Shown: one piece after another, positions 1 to 14,000 of the stretch
How the letters are laid out: the number at the start of each line of letters is the position of its first letter
How positions within the stretch are numbered: the first letter of the stretch is position 1
Assembly (NCBI GenBank): GCA_038087875.1
Contig: CM075983.1
Location: forward strand, 24,428,001 to 24,492,000
DNA length: 64,000 nucleotides
Direction of reading: 5' to 3'
Origin: Malacoraja senta
Taxonomy: Eukaryota
Position numbers and translations under genes: made by a program
The notes under the pieces: generated by a model
The model's input: only the letters and a program-made list of their open reading frames with translations
What the model was told of the DNA's origin: nothing
Databases searched by the model: none

Positions 1-420
1 GCCCCCAAAACAAGCATAAGCTAAAGATGGCTCCAATACAGGCCTGGCAGAGCATCACCAGAGAAGACACCCAGCCACTGGTGATGTCCATGAATCGCTG
101 ACTTCAAGCTGTCATGGCATGCAAAGGATATGCAACAAAATACTAAACATGACTACTTTCATTTACATGACATTGCTGTGTCCCAAACATTATGGTGCCC
201 TGAAATGGAGGGGGGGGGGGGGGGGGGGAACCATGTATAAACACGGCTGTAATTTCTACATGGTGAAACCAAAATGTATAATAATGGCCTTTATTAAAAT
301 CTGACAATGTGCACTTTAACCACATGTGTTTTTTTTTTCTATTACAAATCTCAAATTGTGGAGTACAGAGTTAAATAAATAAATGGTGGGTCTTTGTCCC
401 AAACATTATGGAGGGCACTG
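1..420 (+). mobile_element. Tc1-like DNA transposon, 3' end with IR/DR-type terminal repeat
   Basis: Near-identical to 57640-58030; internal direct repeat gtcccaaacattatgg; ends gagggcactg followed by TA. Confidence 0.85.
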
Positions 421-1309
421 TATATGTAGAATTACTTTTTGCTTAATTTGATATTTATTTCTGAGATCATATATCAAGTTAGCAACTATTCATTTCTTCA
501 TCAGAGATGTCATCGTCATGTTTCAGCCGGTCCTATTTTTAACAGAATACATTACTTTCAGGAAATGTTAGGTTTGTAGCTGCGATTTAGAAAATAAAAG
601 TGCTCAGCACTTAAAGTTTTTGGTTATGACTTCCTGAGATGTGCAATGAAGGGGGAGGTTCTACTTCACAGATTCAGAAAATAAATTGTAATTAAAAACA
701 TGGCCGTTGGGTCTAATGGCTCATCTATTATTTAAATAGTTCCATGGTTGTGTTGGCTTCCCTTGATGTCACATTGTATAATTATACTACAAGGCAGAAC
801 AGTAATGTATGGGAGAAATGTGCAGAAATAATGTAGGTCCTTTTCGAGATTAATTCTCAAGCTAGGTGTTTGGATAATGTCCAGTCAGGGCGGAAATCAC
901 AGGAGAACTTTGGAAACCCATACTAAATTTGGGATCTAATATTAAATGTTCTTGGGAAGGAATATTTAATTTTGCCCCCCCACCTCCATGACATTATCAT
1001 GTCTTTGAACAAAACATTAAAAATAAGTGCCCACAACAAGAAAGGAGCAGTCAACCTTATGAATTTCAAAATTGTCGCAAATAATAATATGGAGGCATAA
1101 ATATCTGAATTTTTTCTGCAACTGGTTTTTGTAATAATTTTAAATCAGCCAATCCATTAACATATATCAGTTTCAGGTTCGTCAACCTATAAGGCAGAGC
1201 AGGCACATGAAAGATATGGCCAACACAATTTCAGCTCAGGTATTTTAATGCGGGAATTAAATGGATGTTCTCTGGCGTTACTGAATTGCAAAGGGGAAAA
1301 GGAAAATGA

Positions 1310-1578
1310 ATAGAGCTGGTACAGCTGCTGCTTCACTGCACCAGAGATCCTGGTTCAATCCTGACTTTGGGTGCTTTCTGTGTGGAGTTTGCATGTTCTC
1401 CCTGTGATTGTAGGTTTCATCCAGGTGAAGGTTTGCAGATTAATTGGCCTCTGTAAATTGCCCCTAGTATGTAGGGAGTGGCGAAAGTGGGATAACATAA
1501 ACTAGTGTGAATGGATAATCGATGGTCAGTGTGGCCGAAGAGCCTGTTTCCATGCCGTCTCTTTCAATCAATCTAAAA
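1310..1578 (+). mobile_element. tRNA-derived SINE (HE1/V-SINE-like)
   Basis: B-box GGTTCAATCC; core tgtggagtttgcatgttctc; 3' tail shared with other copies. Confidence 0.7.
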
Positions 1579-2140
1579 ACTGGTGATTAACCCAAAGCTG
1601 CCCATTACATTTTCTGATGTCTTTCAAGCTGTCATGTCATGGAGTCATGTCAGGTCGAATGTCATGGAGTGGACTGTAAGGATGCACAAAGTGAGCATAT
1701 TTCGATGAGGAAAACGGTGAAAGCAGAAGTCAACAAAGGGAATGTGATTCCATTCTTTCATATTCAGTGTCACAATTAATACCGCAATTCATAGGAAAGA
1801 TTAGTGATGTGGCGGTCCAGACCAAAATTACTTCTGAAACAATAAACTCGCATCGAATCCTTAATTAGGGACCTCAATTAGCACTTATAAAGGCACCTTT
1901 CTCCTGCTGATGCTTTTTTAACCACGCAGATGTTAGCTGGAGCATTGAGCTAAAACATGAATGTAATGCTCAAGTTGGCATTACAGACTGATTGACGTCA
2001 CAATCTGCTTGCTGTATACATGTTAGGAAATATATCGTGCGTGTTACGCAGCAACTTCAGGAACCAGCGGAAATCTCCCCACAAATGTGCACTGCCACCT
2101 TTTTGGAACTAAAACCATAAAATGTCTAAATTCATCCTTA

Positions 2141-2327
2141 TGGGCCTGTCCCACTTAGGCAACTTTTTAGGCGACTGCAGTCGCCACATGGTCGCCACAT
2201 GTTTGCGGGTGGTTGCCCGGTAGTCGCCTTCATGGTCGTGAGGAGTTCCCGCATTCTGGGAACTAGTCGCGGCCTCATTTTGGTCACTGCAAATTTTCAA
2301 CAGGCCCAATTATGTGAGACAGGCCCA
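2141..2327. mobile_element. MITE with 14-bp TIRs (PIF/Harbinger-like)
   Basis: tgggcctgtcccac ... gtgagacaggccca (1 mismatch), AT-rich flanks. Confidence 0.55.
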
Positions 2328-3235
2328 ATTATTCTCTATAAAATGTCGAGAAAATATGGGAAAAATTAAGAATTATTTTTTGTATGGGACATCTTGGATC
2401 TGCCCTCAATAATAAGACAGTAATTTAGAATAAATGCTCAAACTAAACAAAAAGCATTAAGTGAAACTGAATGGTCAAATTACACCAAGATCTATGAAGA
2501 ATCTAAACTAAATGTTTCCTGCGGGATGATATCAATGTATTCTTTATATAGATGACAAATCAGGTGTTTGACAATTCAGGAAGGATCTTAAATTCATACT
2601 TAGACATAGACCCTGGGACAGATATAAGGTAGGATGGAAATTCTACTAGCTCCATCTCCTTCAACTCACTTTCTGGATGAGGATCATATTATATTTTGGG
2701 TGTCACGGTTTTCAAATTTGGTGGTTATGGGGGAATCAAATTCATTTTGGGTAAAGTATTATTGCAGTATTTAAGCTGTTACATTAAGTCCTCAGTTCTA
2801 TTTCTGCAACCAATGGTCGAAGATAAAATATTATTTAGATTTTAAATTCTCCCTGAGGAAGTATGGAATGTAGTTTCAGCATTGTACATGAATAATGAAG
2901 TTATTCAGTTAAAAATAATATCCTAGGTCAACATCTATTACTAAAACTCTCATCTTGACCACTTCCGTTTTTTTCTTTTTTTTAAATTTGAGCAAAAACG
3001 GCACTCTTTATCGCTAGGATTTTTTCGCCACCTTACTCACTTGTTCTCCTCTCCTCCAAGCCACCAAATTTTGTTCCGATCGGAGGAATTATACAAAAGT
3101 CATGAAGGTTAAAAAAATCGTAAGATCAGCAGATTGGTCTTCTCGTCTGTCAGTCACCATGAAGGTAATGCACCTCCGGCACCCACTGGAGAATAAAGCC
3201 CTGAAGGTGGGGTTATGTGCTGATTGAGTCCGCAA

Positions 3236-3480
3236 GAGTGGAGTCGGGAAAGTCACTGTGTGGAGTCGGGAAAGTCGCAGTGTGGTCGGGAGGTACTGTG
3301 TGGTGTCGGTAAGCCGCTGTGTGGAGTCGGGAAAGTCGCTGTGTGGTCGGGAGGTACTGTGTGGTGTCGGTAAGCCGCTGTGTGGATTCAGGAAAGTCGC
3401 TGTGTGGAGTCGGGAAAGCCGCTGTGTGTAGTCTGGAAATCGCTGTGTGGAGTCGGGAAAGTCATTGTGTGGAGTAGGGA
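3236..3480. repeat. GC-rich minisatellite, unit about 20-22 bp (ctgtgtggagtcgggaaagtcg)
   Basis: About 11 degenerate tandem units. Confidence 0.85.
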
Positions 3481-3524
3481 TGTGCTGTGCGGTGCCGCGG
3501 CCGGTGGCCGCTGAGTGGAGTCCT

Positions 3525-4340
3525 TCCCCCCCACACCACCCTTCCCCCCTCCCCCTCCTACCCACACACCCCTTCCCCCTCTGCCTCCTCCCCACATCCC
3601 CCTTTACCCCCCCTCTGTTCCTCCCCCCTATCCCCTCACCACCCCAACCCCCACCACCCCACCACCCCTCCCCCCACACCACCCCCTCCCCCAAACCACC
3701 CCCTCCCCCCACACCACCCCCTCCCCCCACCACCCCACACCACCACCCCCCACACCACACCACCCACCCCCCACACCACCCCACCCACCACCTCCCCCTC
3801 CCCCCACACGCCCTCCCTCACACACCTCCCCACACCCCTCTCCCCCAAGCCCCCCTCCCCCACACCCCCTCCTCCAAGCCCCCCCACCCCCTCCCCCACA
3901 CCCCCCCTACACACCAACCCCCTCCCCAACCCACCAACCCCCTCCCCCACACCCCCTCCCCCATACCACCCCCTCCCCACACCATCCCCCCTCCTCCTCC
4001 TCCCCACACACTCCCCCACACCTCCTTTACCCCTCCCCCGTTCCTCCCCCTCCCCACACCACCCCTCCCACACCAGTCCCCACCCCCCCACCACCCCCAC
4101 CCCACCCCACCCCACCCCCCCACACCACCCCACCCCGCACACCACCACACCAACCCGCCCCCCCACACCACCACACCACCCCGCCCCCCCACACCACTCC
4201 ACCTCCCACCCCACCCCCCCCACCACTCCAACCCCCACCACCCCACACCACCCACCACCCCTCCCCCCACACCACCCCATCCCACCCCACCCACCACCTC
4301 ACCACCCACATGCCCCCTTCCCCACATCCCCCTCCCCCAT
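3525..4340. repeat. C/A-rich low-complexity tract
   Basis: Almost no G on the + strand over about 800 bp. Confidence 0.9.
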
Positions 4341-4374
4341 GCTAGTCTAGTTATTTAATACAATTTAAGTCAAT

Positions 4375-5067
4375 TCATACCATGCTGGAAATCTTTGAAG
4401 AAAAGGCCTTGGGGTCAAAGCGTACACGGCTGAATTCTTTTGACTTTGGTCTCCTTTCTTGTGGTGGATGCGGAATACGACTTTCTGCAGGTATCTCTCT
4501 TCCAGCTCCACTGACGGTATTGTTGTCCCTTGCAGAAGTTGAAGGAATATTCTTTACATTTTCATATAGGGAATACCAGCCATGCAGTGATATTAGTTCA
4601 TTTCCATCTTCTTGCTCTGCTCTCTTGCGCAGAAGTTCCATGAAAGCTTCAAAACTTTGTCTTCTCTCATATTGTGCATTGTTATATCGGAGTTTTTCAA
4701 CTGAATAGTCATTAACTGTTTTATCACCAATACTGTCCCACCTCTTGAGTGATGGTTTATGTAATTCTTCTTTCGCAATGTCATCTTCTATGATAGGACC
4801 TCCCTCAGGAACGGCAGCTTCTTCTTCAGGATCTGCGTCAATATGAAACATACCAACATCTTGGCGAATTACATCCTCACCGTTGCCTTTATTAATTTCT
4901 ATCTCTTCATCTGTATCATCATAGTCAACATCAAGATTTGGATCCTGTGGGGCATCATGTGCTACCAGACGCATTTCTAATTCTCTATTTGAATGCACAT
5001 CTTTTAGAAGTTCTACTTTCGAAAGATCAGGTTTGTGCAAATTTACGAAAGAGTTTCTTGCAATTAC
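4375..5067 (-). CDS. FSIP2: FSIP2 exon 12 ([24 protein letters not shown]...), probable last coding exon
   Basis: Acceptor atgacag; matches FSIP2 [28 protein letters not shown]. The TGA at 4375 overlaps a possible gtatga donor, so the 3' end is uncertain. Confidence 0.85.
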   Translation of the reverse strand, partial: VIARNSFVNLHKPDLSKVELLKDVHSNRELEMRLVAHDAPQDPNLDVDYDDTDEEIEINKGNGEDVIRQDVGMFHIDADPEEEAAVPEGGPIIEDDIAKEELHKPSLKRWDSIGDKTVNDYSVEKLRYNNAQYERRQSFEAFMELLRKRAEQEDGNELISLHGWYSLYENVKNIPSTSARDNNTVSGAGREIPAESRIPHPPQERRPKSKEFSRVRFDPKAFSSKISSMV

Positions 5068-8000
5068 CTGTCATAAACAAATAGAAATTTAGCATTACAC
5101 AGCAAGACTAAATATATAGTATTTCTTCCTTCTCACCCTCTCTCATCCTTCTGAATTCCAGTGAATAAAAGCAGTCGCTCCATTCTTTCATCATGACAGT
5201 CCCGCCATCCCGGGAATTAACCTCGTGAACCTATACTGAACTCCCTAAATAGAAAGAATGTCCTTCCACAAATTAGGAGATCAAAACTGCATACAATACT
5301 CGATGTGTGGTCTCCCCAGGGCCCTGAACAACTGCAGAAGGACCTCTTTGCTGCTATACTCAACTCCTCTCGTTATGAAGGCCAATATGCCATTAGCTTT
5401 CTTCACTGCCTGCTGTACCTGCATTCTTACATTCAGTGACTGGCTTCTGAACCAATCACTAGGTCCAACAATTTTAGAAAACCAACAATTTCAGCAATTT
5501 TACTTCCAATTTCCAGCATTCACAGCTTCTTTTGGCAATTTCAAATGATTATTTTGCTTCTGAGAGATAATTACCTTTGATGTACTGTAAAGCCTCCTTC
5601 CTAAACTAGAAACTAATATGTGCGTTAATTTTATTTTCTTCCTCTTGGGAAATTGTTCCCATGAGGAAGAAAATAAAATTAACGCACTGATATTAGTAAG
5701 CACAGAGAAGCAACCTCGCCCCCAGGGGAGGAAATCCCGGGGGTCCAGGGGGGACAAAGTTAGACCCTTGAAGACCGAAAAAGGTGAATTTATTATGGGG
5801 AACAAGGAAATGGCAGATGAGTTGAACAGGTACTTTGGATCTGTCTTCACTAAGGAGGACACAAACAATCTTCCTGATATTGTAGTGGCCAGAGGATCTG
5901 GGGTGATGGAGGAACTGAAGGAAATCCACATTAGGCAGGAAATGGTGTTGGATAGACTGATGGGACTCAGGGCTGATAAATCCCCAGGGCCTGATGGTCT
6001 GCATCCCAGGGTACTTAAGGAAGTGGTTTTAGAAATTGTGCATGCATTGGTGATAATTTTCCAATGTTCTATAGACTCAGGATCAGTTCCTGTGGATTGG
6101 AGGGTAGCTAATGTTACCCCACTTTTTTAAAAAGGCGGGAGAGAGAAAACTGAGAATTATAGACCAGTTAGCCTGACTTCGGTGGTGGGGAAGATGCTGG
6201 AGACAATTATAAAATATGGGGAAGATGCTGGAGACAATTATAAAAGATGAAATAGCCGAACATTTGGATAGAAGTAACAGGATCGGTCCGAGTCAGCGTG
6301 GATTTACGAAGGGGAAATCATACTTGACTAATGTTCTGGACTTTTTTGAAGATGTAACTAGGAAAATGGGCAAGGGAGAGCCAGTGGATGTAGTGTACCT
6401 GGACTTACAGAAAGCATTTGACAAGGTCCCACATAGGAGATTAGTGGGCAAAATTAGGGCACATGGTATTGGGGGTAGAGTGCTGACATGGATAGAGAAG
6501 TGGTTGGCAGACAGGAAACAAAGAGTAGAGATTAACGGGTCCCTTTCAGAATGGCAGGCAGTGACTAGTGGGGTACCGCAAGGCTCAGTGCGGGGACCGC
6601 AGCTATTTACAATATACATCAATGATTTGGATGAAGGGATTCAAAGTAACTAGCAAATTTGTAGATGACACAAAGCTGGGTGGCAGTGTGAACTGTGAGG
6701 AGGATGCTATGAGAATGCAGGGTGACTTGGACAGGTTGGGGGAGTGGGCAGATGCATGGCAGATGAAGTTTAATGCGGATAAATGTGAGGTTATCCACTT
6801 TGGTAGCAAAAACAGGAAGGCAGATTACTATCTAAATGGCGTCAAGTTGGGAAAAGGGGAAGTACAACGGGGTCTGGGGGTCCTTGTTCATCAGTCTATG
6901 AAAGTAAGCATGCAGGTACAGCAGGCAGTGAACAAAGCGAATGGCATGTTGGCCTTTATAACAAGTGGAATCGAATATAGGAGCAAAGAGGTCCTTCTGC
7001 CGTTGTAGAGCCCTAGTGAGACCACACCTGGAGTATAGTGGGCAGTTTTGGTCCTCTAATTTGAGGAAGGACATTCTTGCTATTGAGGGAGTGCAGCGTA
7101 GGTTTACAAGGTTAATTCCCGGGATGGCGGGACTGTCATACGCTGAGAGAATGGAGCAGCTGGGCTTGTACATTCAGGAGTTTAGAAGGATGAGAGGGAA
7201 TCTCATTGAAACATATAAGATTGTTAAGGGTTTGGACACGCTAGAGGCAGGAAACATGTTCCCGATGTTGGGGGAGTCCAGAACCAGGGGCCACAGTTTA
7301 AAAATAACGAGTAAACCATTTAGAACGGAGACGAGGAAACACATTTTCTCACAGAGAGTGGTGAGCCTGTGGAATTCTCTGCCTCAGAGGGCGGTGGAGG
7401 CAGGTTCTCTGGATGCTTTCAAGAGAGAGCTAGATAGGGCTCTTAAAGATAGTGGAGTCAGGGGATATGGGGAGAAGGCAGGAACGGGGTACTGATTGGG
7501 GATGATCAGCCATGGTCATATTGAATGGCGGTGCTAGCTTGAAGGGTCGAATGGCCTACTCCTGCACCTATTGTCTATTGTCTATTCATATGCCCCCCCC
7601 CCATTTTGAGAGGTGGGGGACGATCCCCCCCCATTTTTTGTAATCCGGATTTTAAAACCCGGTGAAATCTCTGCTTTCCGCGAGAGGTTGGACTGATGAT
7701 TGGAGGTTGGACTGATGATTGAGGGAGGGCGCTGATTGGATGAGAGAGACGTCGGTCAGCAGGCAATGAGGGCGGGACATGATGATTCAGCGCGATCATT
7801 GGAGGAGGGAGGTGTTGGTCAGTCGCGGAAGTAGGGGGGTGGGACTGAGGATAGAGTGCAGTGATCGGAGGTGGGAGACGTGCCAAAACACTCTCGGCAG
7901 TCCTGGACACAGACCTGTGCCTCATCCGCAGCCAGGATCCCTCCCGGCTCTCCGGCGCTGCAATCGCTGCCGAACTGCCACCGGACCATCCCCGTCCCCA

Positions 8001-11000
8001 CCCGAGTGCCGCCCCCAGGGGTGGCCAGAGATGTCGGGGTCAGACGGGAGCGGTACCCCCAGGCCCACAGCCAGCGCAGAGAAGCAGCGCTAAATCTAGC
8101 TCAACTCTGCCTGACCTGCCAGATTAACCTACAGCCCTGCCTGGACTTACGGGAACGACAGCCCAGGTTTACAGCCAGCGCGGAGAAGCAGCGCTAGCTC
8201 CACGACTCCAGGCTGGTGTCCCGTCAGTCCAGGCAGGGTTGTAGGTTAACCTGGCAAGACAGGCAGAGTTGTGCTGCATTTAGCGCCGGATTGAGGCTCC
8301 GAAGCCTCACGTGTGTGTGTGTGTGCGCGGACGCCAAGAAATTGTGTCCCCCCTGTCCCCCCCATATTTTGATAGCGATTTCCATGCCTGCTCGTATCTC
8401 CACTCTCTGAACTCAATGCTTACCATTGTTTTGTTAATGTTTGAGAGTAGATTGATAAGCGTCATCATCAAGAAAAGTTACAGAGTAATGTTTAATTATG
8501 TCTAGTCTAGTATCTGGTTCTAGATATCATTATCATTTTGGTGCAAGCATGGCACAAGTATGTCAGGAATGTCATGGAATACATTCCACTTGCCCAGATG
8601 AATGCTAACCCCAAAACATTCAAGTGTTGATATAAACTTAGCAAGACTTCTGCCTTCTGCATTGTAGACAAGTTCCTGCATAGTAGACTGGTCTGGAAGT
8701 TGAGGTCACTTGGGATCCAGGGTGAGCTAGTTAATTGGATCCAAAATGGACTTAATGCAAGGTGGTAGTGGAGGGTTGCACACCGGATTAGAAGCCTGTG
8801 ACCAGTGGTGTGCCATGGGGATTGTTGTTAGGTCCCCGGTAGTTTGTTAAATATATTAACAATGTGGATGAAAATGTAGTAAGTTTGCAAATGGTACCGA
8901 AATTGGTGATGTTATGGTGATGTTATGGGTAGTGAAAAAGGTTGTCTTTTACAACAGGATCTAGATCAACTGGGAAACTGGGCAAAGGACTGGCTCACAT
9001 AATTCAACTCAGACAAATGTGAAGTTCTGCATTTTGGGCTGGAGAATGTTGTGGAACAGATATACCTAGTGGTACAAATACATAATTCCCTGAAAGTGGC
9101 TACACATGTAAAGGAGGTGGTGAAGGACATGTATGGCACACAATTGCATTCATCAGACAGGGCACTGAGTACAAGAGATGGAACATTGTGTTGCACCTGG
9201 AATATTGAGTGCAGTTCTGATCACCAGACTATAGGAAGGATGTGATTAAACTAGATAGGGTGCAGAATAGATTCACAAGAATATTGAATGCTTCAGTTAT
9301 AAGGAGTTGAGTGCTTGTTATAAGGTGAGACTGGATAGGCCTGGTAGTGAAGGTAGTGGCTGTGGGGTAAGTTTATGTATATCATGAGAGGCATGGTGGA
9401 TGGTCACAGCCTTTTTCCCAGAGTAGGGGAATCTAAAACTAGAGGAGGGGAAAGATTTTAAATGGGACCTGAGGAATAGGTTTTCCATATAGAAGGTGAT
9501 GGGTACTTATAATGAGCTGCAGAGAAAGGAACTAGGAATAATTACAATATTTAAAATATATTTGGTCAGGTTCATGGATAGGAAAAATGTAGAGGGATAT
9601 GGGCCAAATGAAGGCAAATAGAACACCTCCGGAGGGCGTACACAAGTGAGTGCAGATTCTGGAATCACGGGAAAAAAATTAAAAGGCTGGAAGAACTTAG
9701 CAGGTCCGACAGCATCTGTGGAGGGACGGACTCAGGGTGACACCTTGGTCATCATGGACGAGTGGAGCCAAAGGACCAGTTTCTGTGCTGAATAATTCTA
9801 TGACTCCACAACTTTCTGTTCTTTGACAGCAGTCTGCAAATCTGTGATTTCTACCATAGATAAAGAAAATGGTAGCAGATTCAGCAGATTTCATCACTGC
9901 TTGAAAATACTACTTCAGGTCATGGTTGAAACTATATGGCAGTTCAACTTGCTGAGACTTGCTAACATCACTGGGCTCCCTTTATATGGATATCTAATGT
10001 TCAATAAAATTCTACAATGCCACTTTCTCAAGACAAGTATGGATTGGTAAGAAATGTGAATCTTGTCTGTTACACCCTCATTCAATGAATGAAAAATCTC
10101 AAAATTCACCATTTCTAGTGTGAGAGATGGTTAAGATATCAAGTAAAAGTGCTGAGCATAGCAAAACTTTAATCATTGGTGGAAAGAGAAACCTATCAAA
10201 AAATGGCTTTCAGAATTGGTCTTCCACACCTCAACTATCAGCTTGGGACGAAACCCAGCAAAACCAAGGATCTAATGGATAGCAAAGAGAAGATGAAAGC
10301 ATGGAATTTTAACAAATATTATCATGGATCGTCTTTGTTTAACGTACCTCATTTCGTTTTACATCTAATCTACCGAGATCATCCAAAGAGCCTCTTCTCA
10401 ATGATGTTCCTGATCTCTCAAAACTAACACGCCTGTCTTGCATGGCCATTGAAGACATTGCTGTATTTGCTATTGATTGTTTACGAATTTCTTTTAAATC
10501 TTGACCAGTTTGAAGCAGAGTTATTTGCTCAAGTACCTCAATTGGCTCTGTTTTTATTGAAATTACAGACAAATGCTTCGCAATTAAATCTGGGTTTACT
10601 TTGAATTCTGTACGGTTTAAATGTGGGATAATATTCACGGATATCTCTCCATCAATTTTCAGAAAGTCTGTAATTGACAAATTGTTCAAAGCAATATGAA
10701 CCAGATCATCTGCTTCACTTGGGGTTGTTTGTGATGTCTCTTCTCCGGAAGAGAAGTCAGATGTCTGTAGTCCTTCCTGTGCAGCTTCTATTGCGAGAAC
10801 TGGCAGTTCTGCAGCAATATCTTTGGTTACATTAATTATACTGGCTTCTTCCATTGAAGGCTTATATGAGGAGGAACTAGTCACTTCCGGACTGCTTTGT
10901 AAATCTTGCATAATATCTGCTACCATTTTTTCTGAAAGTAAACTTGATTGAGAACGAGTTTTTCTACGTGACGGTTTCGCAAATGATCTATGTAAAAGTA

Positions 11001-14000
11001 TATCTGTAACATAAGAATAAATGGTAGCAAAATCCTCTTTTGACAACCCTCCAATTAATTCATTTAATGAGCTAGAACTTTCACTCGAGGCTGCTGATTC
11101 AGTGGCTCTTTTCTGTTGTATCTTTTCACGTTGAATTAGCTTGGAGCTATATGAGTCCTTGTGACGCTTACTTGAAATATCATTAAGAACTTCTTGAACT
11201 AAATGATCTGCATCTCTACTTACAGTCGAAACAGATGCATCATCTGCTACAGTGGAAGCAGAAGAAATCTCTTTCTCTGCAAGTTTCTGTGCAGTTTTAC
11301 CTGGAGGGCCCTTTTTTCCTGAAACTCGTGGCTTATCAAGTGTTTGCTTCCTTAAATTATCTTTTTGAAACGTTCTCTGTGGACTGGTGTCTTTGCCAGA
11401 TGAGTCACTTGATGACGGGATATATACAGAAGAAAAAGAAGATACAGGGCTTTGCTTTAATCCTTGCATAACATCTGAAACCATATTTTCTGAAAGCAAA
11501 TTTAATTGGGAAGACGATGGACTTGTTTTGTCCGATGATTCCTGCAAAAGTGAATCTATCATATTTGAGAAAATGGAAACTAATGCATCTGTTAATAATT
11601 CCTCAGACAAATCGTCCAGAACAATAGAGCTTTCACTCGAGTGTGCCTTATCATGTTCATGTGCCTCTGAACCCGGTTGTTTTTCATAAGGAACGTCAGC
11701 CCAGATGTTACATAGAGCTGTTTGAACAAGACCTTCTGCTTCACTGCTTCCAGTTGAACTTGAACAGACTGAAAGCTTTCTGCCTCGAGAATGTAGTGGA
11801 CATGTACAGGTGGAAATATATGGACCCATATTTTCTGAAGCTGGTGCCTCATAGGCCGTCACTGCACATATATTCTCATTGTCTGAGAATTGTAATAGGC
11901 TGCTTCTCTGCTCGTCAGGGAGCTTACAGATATCAGCTTCCATAGGTTTGAATTGGCAGACGCATGGCTGTACAAAACTGCTTTCTAATTCTTGGAATCT
12001 ATTTGATATAACTGTATCTGACAGCAGATTTAATCGAGACATTTTTGTAATTTGAGCAGGTTCAACCATTGGAGCTTGTAAAATTGAATCTGTTACACGT
12101 GCCATACTCTTCTCTCCTTCCATACATAACATTTTATGTAATTGATCAACTGAAACAAAACTTTCATCATCAAGTTTTTTATCACAGACTGGTGGTGTTG
12201 AGATCCATGATACAATAGTTTCTTTTCGAGTTAGTGGACACACTGAATCACATTCAAGACTACTGTCAGCTGTGTACACATTGTCCTTACTTTTGACCTC
12301 TTCCAGTGGTACCCATTCCGATTGTGGCTTGCCAGTGAATGAGGTCTGTTTTTTGCACTCTATGACTTTCTGTATATTATCTTTAGTTACTTGTTCGAGG
12401 AAAAAATCCTGCAGTTCTTGCCTAGTTGTATCGTTTTTAAATGCATCTTCTTCCTGAGACCCACATATCTGATCTAATTGACTTTGATATACACTCTGCT
12501 TTACATAATCAGTGATTGATTTCACGACATGGGGTTGCAATACCACATGAATATTTTCGGTTAGTTCAGGTTCTGGACATATCATTTTTATATCTTGATA
12601 GTGACACGTACAAATTGTTTCTTCTTCCCTATAAATCTGTTTTTCACCTGAATCATCTTGTGGAAGAAAGTAGCTCGGTCCAATTTCTTCAATTGTTCCA
12701 GAAACAATTTTTTCGGCTCTCTGATCTGAGAACGATTCAGAGGATTCAGAAAAAACAGTATCTGTAACCTGACATTTCTTTTTTTCATCTAAAATGTACT
12801 GTACTAATTTACATGCCATATCTTCATCGAGTGAAACAGGTGTTTTAACAAACGGGCATACAACTGTTTCTTCATTTGGTGGTTCTGAAGTCAGTACTGC
12901 GCCAACTATATTCTCAACCAATGCTTCAGACATCTTTGTCAAGCCAGAAATGCCAGGCTTATAGTGACACACATCATCTGGCATTTCCTCAGCCACACTA
13001 TCAATTATCGGTGAAATGCTACTCGAATATATTTTTTCACAGATTGATTCTTGTGGTAGGCTGAATGATATTCTCTTTTTACTTGCTTTTGAGCTGCAAG
13101 ATGACTGTCCACTACTGATTGTTGGGGCAGCAGTGTCCTTTGAACTAGTATCAAAAACTGATATTTCACTACTTGTTGTTTGCGATTGATAGAATTGAGT
13201 TTCATTTGAGGATGCAGAACAACTGATGGACTTTTTAATCTTTTCCAAAACAAATCTGACAAGGTCTACTGAAATTAAGTTAAAATATGAAGCAACAGGC
13301 TCGGTTCCAAACTCTAAGCAATTTTCCTTATGTTTCATAGGCGTTTTGAGAACGACCTGATTTTGCATTATTGGTTTCAAACAAAGAATTTTCTTTACTT
13401 GTTCAGTGACCCTACTCACAAAGTTAATTGTAGTGAGCATCCTGGCAAAGCAAATGATTTGAACTGTCTTCTTTGTGATTGGTTCAGCCAAACTTTCATC
13501 TCTGCATAAATCAACTTCCAATGAATCTGTACAAGCGTATTTCTTTTCCACCTCTCCAACGATGGCATTCACAAGTTCTTGAGAAACATCACTTACTTCA
13601 TCTTTAAGTGGTACAAAGCTTAAAGAGGAATCCACCTTGTCAAGTAAAATAGCAATCATTTTTAAAACAATATCTTTCAAAACTTCTGGACTAACAATGG
13701 CTGTAAGATTGCTTGCTGGAGGTGAAATTACATTTCTTTCTTCAGTGATAATATTTGTGATTTCCTGTGAAAATTTTTCATCACTTAATAGCTGCTGTAA
13801 AGCAAACTTTATCAGTTCCTCCTTCATTAGTTTTGCTGTCTCTGTTGTCTTCTGTTCTGTTACATCTTTACAACTTGAGGCAAGCATCTCAGTTTTTGTT
13901 TGCAGTATTTCATGAAGGCGGTTTGTGACTTGATCACCAAGCGTACTAATGTGCCTTTTCCCTTCACTTGGTATTTCGATGTGTTTTGCTACTTGACATG

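Larger units (their letters stand above)
2934..4350 (+). mobile_element. Putative non-autonomous Helitron-like element carrying a minisatellite and a C/A-rich tract
   Basis: Boundaries A|TCTATTACTAAAA ... GTCTAG|T follow the Helitron rule; no subterminal hairpin visible. Confidence 0.4.

Noticed and set aside
2560-2930. Possible additional FSIP2 terminal exon
   Set aside because: The minus-strand frames I read contain stops and show no recognisable homology.
3236-3480. CRISPR-like periodicity
   Set aside because: No unique spacers; eukaryotic minisatellite.
3089-4358. Long Pro/His-rich and Gly/Trp-rich ORFs in all frames
   Set aside because: By-product of a C/A-rich tract that lacks stop codons.
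6186-6245. Small local tandem duplications (also 27795-27872)
   Set aside because: Ordinary slippage inside dead CR1 copies.
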